From NCBI RefSeq assembly GCF_004102945.1, contig NZ_CP019384.1, forward strand, positions 1,680,001 through 1,712,000: DNA of 32,000 bases, written 5' to 3'. Shown here piece by piece: positions 6,744 to 13,632 of the stretch (positions are counted from its first letter, which is position 1; each line of letters opens with the position of its first letter). The notes beneath the pieces were generated by a model. The model saw only the letters and a list, made by a program, of their open reading frames with translations. It was not told the origin of the DNA and ran no database searches. The position numbers and the translations under genes were made by a program. Source of the stretch: Candidatus Velamenicoccus archaeovorus (GTDB lineage Bacteria; Omnitrophota; Gorgyraeia; Velamenicoccales; Velamenicoccaceae).

Positions 6744-7184
6744 CTATCTCAATATCCTCAATAAATTCAGCCCTGTTTTCGGATCTATCTCTTTTCTGGC
6801 CTTAATGCCCTTGAGTTCGAAAACAACGGCTTCGATCACCAGGAAAACATCCACTTTTTTACGCACACACCCGGTGAGGGCCTTGTCTTTTTTGCCCATG
6901 GCCGCATGCATGTGGATCTGGGGCCCTTTCTTGCCCGAAAACACGGTCCCCACACCCATGACTTCCCAGCCGCCGTCAAAAGGTTTCCAGTTCGGCTCCG
7001 GCGGCACAACGGCTTTTTTAGGCCCCGTGACCAGCTGGCCCCGGCGGAATGCCCCAAGAAAAACAAGAACGGCATTCTTCAGTCCTTCTTTTTTGACAAA
7101 ACCTTCCAGGGACTTCAGGATGTCGTCCTTATTCTCGAATTTAACCAGGAAAACACGGCCCAATCGGCCTTGGCTATATTGCAT
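6744..7184 (-). CDS. PPC (DUF296) domain protein
   Basis: MQYSQGRLGRVFLVKF...GTVFSGKKGPQIHMHAAMGKKDKALTGCV...VIEAVVFEL matches the PPC/DUF296 pattern (the two-His block xHxH followed by G-x-G...E-V). The track start at 7253 adds 23 poorly coding residues, so I prefer ATG 7184. Confidence 0.7.
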   Translation of the reverse strand: MQYSQGRLGRVFLVKFENKDDILKSLEGFVKKEGLKNAVLVFLGAFRRGQLVTGPKKAVVPPEPNWKPFDGGWEVMGVGTVFSGKKGPQIHMHAAMGKKDKALTGCVRKKVDVFLVIEAVVFELKGIKARKEIDPKTGLNLLRILR

Positions 7185-7281
7185 CGTCGTCGATAACCGT
7201 TCATCCCAGCGGACACAAACAACAGGAACGCAGGATCTCTTAAGTGCCGCCAAAAAAGAGAAAAACCAGAGTGACTAAGGC

Positions 7282-7455
7282 CTACTTCTTCCCGGATTTC
7301 TTCCTGCCGGATGATTTTTTGGAAGAGGTCTTCTTGCGGGCCATAGGCTTGCCGCAACACCAGATGGTCTGCTGTGAAATTCCGCAGGCATCCACGATGA
7401 CTTCCCTGCCGCAAGGCACACACACCAACCGAGAACCCTTTTTAACTTTAGCCAT
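7282..7455 (-). CDS. Desulforedoxin-like Cys4 mini-protein with a Lys/Ser-rich basic tail
   Basis: MAKVKKGSRLVCVPCGREVIVDACGISQQTIWCCGKPM follows the desulforedoxin / Dfx N-domain pattern (CxxCG-xxV-xV ... CCG-xx-M; compare D. gigas Dx [27 protein letters not shown]). The tail is ARKKTSSKKSSGRKKSGKK. The SD GAGGGGG lies 5 nt before ATG 7455. The track start 7491 is upstream of the predicted TSS. Confidence 0.55.
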   Translation of the reverse strand: MAKVKKGSRLVCVPCGREVIVDACGISQQTIWCCGKPMARKKTSSKKSSGRKKSGKK

Positions 7456-7489
7456 GCGCACCCCCTCTGACTTTCTATCGGTTAAAGTC

Positions 7490-7517
7490 ATTGTATTCTT
7501 TTGACAGCAACTTTCAA
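7490..7517 (-). promoter_or_regulatory. Sigma70-like promoter for the desulforedoxin-like/PPC/thioredoxin-fold/OmpA-like unit
   Basis: Minus strand TTGAAA (7517..7512), 16-nt spacer, TACAAT (7495..7490). The predicted TSS near 7483 gives a ~28-nt leader containing the SD. Confidence 0.45.
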
Positions 7518-7604
7518 GAAATATTTAGGGTGGGAGCGGACCTTCTTGTAAAAAAGATCCGTGTTCTCCGTCGGAAAAACAACTCTCCGCGATCGCCGGA
7601 CATC

Positions 7605-8168
7605 TCAACGTCCGCCCTTCATCAGGGCGAGGGTTTCGGACCTTGTCTTCTCGTTCTCTTTGAAGACCCCGCGCACGGCGCTAGTCACGGTGGTGATGCC
7701 CGGTTTTTTAATACCTCGCATGCTCATGCACAGGTGTTCGGCCTCAATTACAACCATAACCCCAAGAGGTTTAAGAGTTTCCATAATAACCGTAGCGATC
7801 TGGGTCGTTAACCTCTCCTGGACCTGAGGCCTGCGGGAAAGGATCTCAACAACGCGTGCGATCTTGCTTAAACCTGTCACGCGGCCGCCCTTCGGGATAT
7901 ACGCAACGTGGGCGCGGCCGATAAACGGCAAAAGGTGATGCTCACAGATGGAATAAAGCGGGATGTCTTTTAAAAGAACGATCTCCTCATGTTTCTGATC
8001 CAGGACGACTTCCAGCTCTTTCTTGGGATCGGCTGAAAGGCCGGAAAGAATCTCTGCGTACATATCCGCGACACGCTCAGGGGTCTCGAGCAAGTCCTGC
8101 CTTTTGGGGTCTTCCCCGACGGCCTCAAGGATCATCTTGACGGCTTTGATCAATTTTTGCTTATTCAT
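7605..8168 (-). CDS. folE: GTP cyclohydrolase I (FolE type I)
   Basis: 187 aa with [16 protein letters not shown](I/V)KK and EAVGEDP..., the canonical FolE motifs at the canonical length. Confidence 0.92.
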   Translation of the reverse strand: MNKQKLIKAVKMILEAVGEDPKRQDLLETPERVADMYAEILSGLSADPKKELEVVLDQKHEEIVLLKDIPLYSICEHHLLPFIGRAHVAYIPKGGRVTGLSKIARVVEILSRRPQVQERLTTQIATVIMETLKPLGVMVVIEAEHLCMSMRGIKKPGITTVTSAVRGVFKENEKTRSETLALMKGGR

Positions 8169-8180
8169 GTCGCCCTCGCT

Positions 8181-9617
8181 TCATTTACCGATACAGAATT
8201 TAGAAAAAATGACATCCAGGACATCCTCGCGAAAAACCTCCCCCGTCAGCTCTCCGAGACCGTCGACCGCCCGGCGCAGGTCCGCAGCGCCAAACTCGGG
8301 AGAAAGGCCTTTTTGCAAAGAATCAATCGACCGCTCCAGCGATGCGGCGGAGTTTTTGAGGATTTCAATATGGCGGACGTTGGAAACCAGGACGTCCGCA
8401 GATAAAAGGCCGGGATCATGGAACACGGCCCCGAAAATCTCGTCTTCCAGTTGTTTTATGCCTTCCCGTTCCAGAGCAGACACATGGACAAGCGGCCTTA
8501 CGCCGAACAGGCCCCGCAGCCGGCTGGCGTCAACCCGGGCAGGCAGATCACTCTTGTTGATGACGCCGATCATCTTTTTTAACGGATTGACCTGCGACAA
8601 GAGCGCCTCATCCTCGCGACCCAAGGGCGCCGACCCGTCGAAGACAAACAATAAAAGATCACAGGCGTCGATGGCCTTGCGCGTCCGTTCCAAAGCAAGA
8701 CGCTCGATTTCATCATGGGCTTCCAGGATCCCCGCCGTGTCCACAAAACAAACCGCCAGCCCCCTGATGGAAACGCACTCTTCGATCGTATCCCGCGTCG
8801 TGCCTGCGATGGCCGTCACAATGGCCCGGTCGGTCCGAAGGAGCGCATTGAGCAAAGACGACTTCCCGACATTCGGCCGTCCATAAATAACGACCTTCAG
8901 TCCCTCGCGAACGATACGACCGCAAAAACTCCCCTCCAAGAGGGAGCGAAGCGCCTGCAGGGTGGTCCTCAACACCGATAAGGCGTCATCGGGAACGCCG
9001 CCAAGCTCCTCGTCGGAAAAATCGAGCCGCGCCTCTATGTCTGCCAGGACATCGAGCATCCGGCGCCGCAACCCCTTGATCCTGCCCGAAAGCTCACCGG
9101 AAAGCTGCGTCAGGCTGGTTTTCAGGGCCAGCTCGCTCTTGGCCTGGATGATATCAAGGACTGCCTCCGCCTGGGCAAGGTCCAGCCGGCCGTTCAAAAA
9201 TGCCCGCCTGGTGAATTCGCCGGGAATAGCGAGTCTGGCGCCTTTAGCCAGCAATAATTCCAGGATAACGGACAAGACGCGGGGGCCGCCGTGAGAATTG
9301 ATCTCAACGACATCTTCCCGCGTATAGCTATGGGGGGAACGCATCAAGGAAACGACGACCTCATCCACGATGAGTTCGGGCATCGCCTGCGGTGTCCTGC
9401 CGGCGCGTTCGAACACCTCTTTGTCGCGCACGATCCAGCCGTAGCAGAGAGAAAATGTCCGGGCGGCAGACAGCGGCTTTCCTCTCTTCGATGAAAAAAC
9501 TGCATCGGCAACGGCAATGGCCCCGGCCCCGCTCAAACGCACGATCCCCACGGCACCTTGACCGACGGGCGTGGCGATCGCGGCAATCGTATCGTTCATA
9601 GAAACTAGTGCTGCCAT
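8181..9617 (-). CDS. mnmE: tRNA modification GTPase MnmE (TrmE)
   Basis: N-terminal DTIAAIATPVGQGAVGIVRLSG, G domain GRPNVGKSSLLNALL / DTAG / NKSD, and the C-terminal FCIGK tetrapeptide motif. The start could be ATG 9617 or 9599 (MNDTIAAI). Confidence 0.93.
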   Translation of the reverse strand: MAALVSMNDTIAAIATPVGQGAVGIVRLSGAGAIAVADAVFSSKRGKPLSAARTFSLCYGWIVRDKEVFERAGRTPQAMPELIVDEVVVSLMRSPHSYTREDVVEINSHGGPRVLSVILELLLAKGARLAIPGEFTRRAFLNGRLDLAQAEAVLDIIQAKSELALKTSLTQLSGELSGRIKGLRRRMLDVLADIEARLDFSDEELGGVPDDALSVLRTTLQALRSLLEGSFCGRIVREGLKVVIYGRPNVGKSSLLNALLRTDRAIVTAIAGTTRDTIEECVSIRGLAVCFVDTAGILEAHDEIERLALERTRKAIDACDLLLFVFDGSAPLGREDEALLSQVNPLKKMIGVINKSDLPARVDASRLRGLFGVRPLVHVSALEREGIKQLEDEIFGAVFHDPGLLSADVLVSNVRHIEILKNSAASLERSIDSLQKGLSPEFGAADLRRAVDGLGELTGEVFREDVLDVIFSKFCIGK

Positions 9618-10993
9618 AAAGATCTGGCTTCCCCGACGACAAAAAGGGATCCCGTGATCACAGCCACCTCTTGAGGCTGCATCTGATGGCTCAAAATATC
9701 CATGGCCTCTTCCACCGAGTGCGTGACAAGAGGGGATTTCTTATGGAAAAGCCCTTTAAGGTGTTTTTCGGGATCCGCCGCCCTCGGATGGTTGGCCTTC
9801 GTGAGGATCACCCGGTCCGCCATGGTCCCCAAAAGATCCGAGAGCCCCTTGAGGTCTTTATCCGAAGAGGCGCCGAAGACAAGCCATTTCTTGAAACCCT
9901 CGAATTCCTTCTCGATGAAATGAGCAAGACGGTAAGCCGACTCCCTGTTATGGGCGCCATCCAGGATGACAAAAGGCTGGGTTGAAACCACTTCCAGCCT
10001 GCCCGGCCAGTAAGCATTTCTGAGGCCTGAAACCATCGCCTCGACTGGAACGCGTATGCCGTAAAGGCCCAGTGCCTCAACCGCCGCCAGCGCCACAGAG
10101 GCGTTGGTCAACTGGTGCTCCCCCAGCATTCGAATATCAAAAAAATGAGAGCTGCCGTTGAGCCCGCGGTAAAAGAACCGCTGGGTCAAAAGGTCATGCG
10201 ACATCTCTTTATAACGGAAATCCTTGTTCATCACGAAAAACATCGTGTTTTGCGAACGGCACCGCCGCCTGACCACCTGGGCCGCTTCTTTCATCTGGGC
10301 GGCGCTGATGCAGATGCCAAAACCCTGCGAGGTCTTCTTGTTGGCGGCCTTGATGATGCCGGCCTTCTCGAAGGCGATCTCCGGCAGCGTCTTGCCGAGG
10401 ATATGCTCGTGATCGTAACTGATCGGGGTGATCACCGAGACCAAAGACGACGCCACATTGGTCGCATCCAGGCGGCCCCCCAGACCCGTCTCAAGCACGA
10501 CGGCGTCCGTTTTCTTGTCTGCGAAATATTTGAACGCCATCGCCGTCAAGACTTCAAAAAATGTCAGAGGACCATAAGGCGCGGAAAGGCGATCAAATTG
10601 TTCCAGCGCCCCCATCAGGCTTTCGAGCAAAGCGGCAAAATCATTTTTAAGGATCATCCCCGGAAACATCGTATGACCCTCCGCCGCATGACTCGGCTCG
10701 AGGATCCTGATGCGTTCCCGCATATCCTGCAGATGCGGCGAGGTATAAAGGCCGGTGCGATAGCCTGCATCACGCAGGATCTGCGCGATATAACAGGACG
10801 TGGAGCCCTTCCCTTTTGTGCCGGCGACATGAACGATGGAAAGCGTATCCTGAGGGCTGCCGATCAGCCGCAGAAGGGCCGCGACCCGATCGAGCTTGAA
10901 GGCCGTCCGGTAGGTCTCCGGCGGCCGGCGCTCGTAATTGATCAGTTTTTCCAGATATGCCAGGGCGTTTTCGTAGGTCATGAATGAGCACAT
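9605..10993 (-). CDS. folC: Folylpolyglutamate synthase / dihydrofolate synthase (FolC)
   Basis: Mur-ligase-family P-loop HVAGTKGKGST, length and motif order typical of FolC, and folate-pathway neighbours. The start is more likely ATG 10981 (MTYENALAYL), because 10993 lies inside a hairpin arm. Confidence 0.9.
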   Translation of the reverse strand: MCSFMTYENALAYLEKLINYERRPPETYRTAFKLDRVAALLRLIGSPQDTLSIVHVAGTKGKGSTSCYIAQILRDAGYRTGLYTSPHLQDMRERIRILEPSHAAEGHTMFPGMILKNDFAALLESLMGALEQFDRLSAPYGPLTFFEVLTAMAFKYFADKKTDAVVLETGLGGRLDATNVASSLVSVITPISYDHEHILGKTLPEIAFEKAGIIKAANKKTSQGFGICISAAQMKEAAQVVRRRCRSQNTMFFVMNKDFRYKEMSHDLLTQRFFYRGLNGSSHFFDIRMLGEHQLTNASVALAAVEALGLYGIRVPVEAMVSGLRNAYWPGRLEVVSTQPFVILDGAHNRESAYRLAHFIEKEFEGFKKWLVFGASSDKDLKGLSDLLGTMADRVILTKANHPRAADPEKHLKGLFHKKSPLVTHSVEEAMDILSHQMQPQEVAVITGSLFVVGEARSLWQH

Positions 10994-11156
10994 GACTTAT
11001 GGAGCTCTCGCGCGGCATAAGTCATTCGTGCGAATTTACCCCCACACCAATGAATACGATCGAAGATCACCGCATCATTGATGAGAGGGTTAACTCGGCC
11101 AAGCAACTACCGTTGAACTGCCGCTTCGCGGGCAACTTCCGTAAGTTGCGGCCTCG
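10992..11156. repeat. Hairpin-rich purH-folC spacer, a degenerate relative of the repeat family
   Basis: Perfect 10-bp stem ATGACTTATG/CATAAGTCAT (10992-11001 / 11016-11025). A three-hairpin cluster at 11093-11156 is closed by CTCGGCC...GGCCTCG, containing hairpins 11104-11115, 11121-11131 and 11132-11149. The GGTTAACTC motif at 11088-11096 is shared with the GGTTAACTCC boxes at 6176-6185 and 6605-6614. Confidence 0.5.
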
Positions 11157-12707
11157 TTAATGCTTGAAATGCCTGACGCCTGTGACTACCATGGCGATGC
11201 CGGCTTTGTCGGCGGCGCGGATGATCTCTTCGTCGGCGATAGAGCCGCCGGGTTGGATGACGGCCCTGATCCCTGCTTTTTTGGCCAAGGCAACGTTATC
11301 GGATTTAGGAAAGAAGGCGTCGCTGGCTAGGACAGCACCGCGGCTGCGCCGGCCGGCCCTTTTGACGGCCATGAACATCGAATCCACGCGGCTGGTCTCG
11401 CCCATGCCGATGCCGACGGTCGCGGTGCCGTGCGCCAGGACGATCGCGTTGGACTTGACGTGCTTGACGACTTCCCAGGCGAACAACAAAGAAATCATCT
11501 GGGCGCGCGTCGGTTTTTTGTGCGTGACGACCTTGAGATCCTTTGCAGCGGCATCTCTCGCATCCTTGTCCTGGACGAGAAAACCGCCGTCGATCCTCTT
11601 GGCGTCCCATGCCTGGGGATCTGCGGAAACCCCCGCGGCCATTTGAAGAAGACGCAGGTTCTTTTTGGCCTTGAGCAACGCCAAGGCCGCCGGCTCATAC
11701 GCAGGGGCCAGGATGCATTCCAAAAATCCGCTCTTCAAAAGAGCCCGGGCTGTTTTGGCGTCGACCGGCCTATTGAGACCGACAATCCCTCCGAAAGCGG
11801 AAAGCGGATCGCTCTGCCAGGCGTCATGAAACGCACGATCAAGGGTCTTGGCCTGGGCCACTCCCGTAGGATTCGTATGCTTGACGATACAAGCGCAGGG
11901 CCTGACAAAACCCCTGATATTTTCCAGGGCGGCATTCAGGTCCAGGTAATTATTAAAGGAAAGCTCTTTGCCATGGAGCTGCTTGGCGTTGACCAGGGTG
12001 GCAGCGGATTCAGATCCCTCCCAGCGGTAGAGACCGGCCTCCTGATGAGGATTCTCTCCGTAACGCAGCGACGCCGCCTTGGACAAAACTACATCCAGGC
12101 GTCCGGGAAACCGGTCCTGCGGCCCCCTTAAATACTGCGCAATGGCCGCATCGTAGCGTGCCGTCAGCTCAAAGACATCCGCAGCCAGGCTTTTAAGGAG
12201 CGATACCGGAAGACAGCCGTCATTCTCTTTCAGCGCTTCGATGATCGACGGATACACCTGCGGCCGGGAGACAACGGCGACAGAAGCATGATTTTTTGCG
12301 GCTGAACGCAACATCGACGGACCGCCGATATCGATATTCTCGATCGCCTCCTCTTCGGTAACGCCGGCCTTTGCAACAGTCTTTTCAAAAGGGTAAAGAT
12401 TGACCACGACCATGTCAATCAGGCCGATGCCGCAACTCTCCGCTTGTTTCAAATGCTCAGGATTGTCGCGGCGCGCCAGAAGGCCGCCATGGATTTTCGG
12501 ATGCAGGGTCTTGACGCGGCCGTCGAGCATCTCCGGGAATCCCGTGTAATCCGACATCTCGACAACATCGATCCCCGCTTCTTTCAAAGCCCTGGCCGTC
12601 CCGCCGGTCGAAACGATCTCAACGCCGAAATCCGAGAGGACTTTCGCAAGTTCCACGACGCCCGTTTTATCCGAAACGCTGATCAACGCCCTTTTTATCT
12701 TCAGCAC
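11157..12707 (-). CDS. purH: Bifunctional AICAR transformylase / IMP cyclohydrolase (PurH)
   Basis: 516 aa with the N-terminal MGS-like RALISVSDKTG, central and C-terminal AICARFT blocks, and the C-terminal VTGVRHFKH. GTG start at 12707 with GGAGAA upstream. Confidence 0.95.
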   Translation of the reverse strand: MLKIKRALISVSDKTGVVELAKVLSDFGVEIVSTGGTARALKEAGIDVVEMSDYTGFPEMLDGRVKTLHPKIHGGLLARRDNPEHLKQAESCGIGLIDMVVVNLYPFEKTVAKAGVTEEEAIENIDIGGPSMLRSAAKNHASVAVVSRPQVYPSIIEALKENDGCLPVSLLKSLAADVFELTARYDAAIAQYLRGPQDRFPGRLDVVLSKAASLRYGENPHQEAGLYRWEGSESAATLVNAKQLHGKELSFNNYLDLNAALENIRGFVRPCACIVKHTNPTGVAQAKTLDRAFHDAWQSDPLSAFGGIVGLNRPVDAKTARALLKSGFLECILAPAYEPAALALLKAKKNLRLLQMAAGVSADPQAWDAKRIDGGFLVQDKDARDAAAKDLKVVTHKKPTRAQMISLLFAWEVVKHVKSNAIVLAHGTATVGIGMGETSRVDSMFMAVKRAGRRSRGAVLASDAFFPKSDNVALAKKAGIRAVIQPGGSIADEEIIRAADKAGIAMVVTGVRHFKH

Positions 12708-12726
12708 GTGTTCTCCATTTTCTTTC

Positions 12727-12766
12727 TGTTCTCTGTACTCCCTGCCGGCAGGCAGGTGTTCTCTGT
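12727..12766 (-). promoter_or_regulatory. Two 10-nt direct repeats flanking a 12-bp perfect palindrome upstream of purH
   Basis: TGTTCTCTGT at 12727-12736 and at 12757-12766 (30-nt period) flank CCTGCCGGCAGG (12741-12752). A third partial copy, TGTTCTC (12709-12715), coincides with the purH SD region. Confidence 0.3.
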
Positions 12767-12779
12767 TATCTCTAGAAAG

Positions 12780-13481
12780 TCACACGCTAAACTTGAATTC
12801 CATGACATCGCCGTCCTTGACGACGTAATCCTTCCCTTCCTGGCGCAGGACGCCGGAGGACTTGGCCTGGTGGACATTGCCCGTTTTCACCAAGGCATCG
12901 TAATCCATGACCTCGGCCCGGATGAACCCCCGCGCGATATCCGAATGAATGGCATCTGCGGCCTCAACGGCTGTGGCACCTCGGCGGATCTCCCAGGCGC
13001 GGGCCTCCTTGGTGCCGCCGGTCAGAAAACAGATCATTCCCGCCTCGTCATAAGCCTTGCGCGTCACCGACGCGATATCGGTCATCTGGGCTTCGGGGAC
13101 AAAGACAACGGGCTTGATGGAAACGAAATTATTATTGGCCAGCCACTTTTTCTCGTCGAGAGAGAAATCGCCCAAGGACAAAGGCGTTTCCTTCTCCAGG
13201 TATTTTTGAGCGCGTTCCAAAAGTGTCTTTTCCTGTTGCGGCGGCTGACGCTCCAGCTTGCCCTCAAGGACCTCCATATCAAGGATCAAAAGATCCAGCC
13301 GCTTGCCTTCGGGACAGACGATCGCATCCGCAGTCTTCAAGTCCTTTTCCGTGACGAATTCTACCTGGATCTGCGTCACCTTCTGGGCCTTATATAACTC
13401 TTCGATCTTTTTTAAACGCGGTTCGGGCAAGGCCTTCTTGCCGAACGGAAAATCAGAAACGCCGAAAACGCATATTTTCAT
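12780..13481 (-). CDS. YchF-like protein retaining the coiled-coil and C-terminal TGS/DUF933 parts but lacking a canonical P-loop
   Basis: The C-terminus, EARAWEIRRGATAVEAADAIHSDIARGFIRAEV...EGKDYVVKDGDVMEFKFSV, is a near-textbook YchF C-terminal domain. The N-terminus, MKICVFGVSDFPFGKKAL, replaces GLPNVGKST. I prefer ATG 13481 (AAGGAA 6 nt upstream) to the track start 13565. Confidence 0.7.
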   Translation of the reverse strand: MKICVFGVSDFPFGKKALPEPRLKKIEELYKAQKVTQIQVEFVTEKDLKTADAIVCPEGKRLDLLILDMEVLEGKLERQPPQQEKTLLERAQKYLEKETPLSLGDFSLDEKKWLANNNFVSIKPVVFVPEAQMTDIASVTRKAYDEAGMICFLTGGTKEARAWEIRRGATAVEAADAIHSDIARGFIRAEVMDYDALVKTGNVHQAKSSGVLRQEGKDYVVKDGDVMEFKFSV

Positions 13482-13632
13482 AGAGATTCCTTCTTGCATC
13501 TCGGTCGTGGTTACGGCCAAGAAACCCGTCTCATTGTCGGGGTACATCGTTCGCCAAAGCGTCACCGAACAACCTTGCCCTCACGGACTTCGCTGCCGCA
13601 GCCGAACGACATTGCCGAAATCGCAAAATGCC

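Noticed and set aside
6162-7278. ORFs inside the 780-bp island (6172-6516 +, 6309-6680 +, 6162-6404 -, 6523-7278 +)
   Set aside because: They are translations of palindromic repeats (for example ...HRMAVLAGCARPTA from the 40-nt block) with Arg/Pro/Gly-rich composition. They have no SD-start pairing, and the last one runs antisense through the PPC gene.
7585-7599. GCGATCGC (HIP1-like octamer palindrome, 7589-7596) and weak hairpins after folE as a terminator or iterated palindrome
   Set aside because: The octamer occurs only once in the window. The stems have only 3-4 bp, so I cannot support a terminator call.
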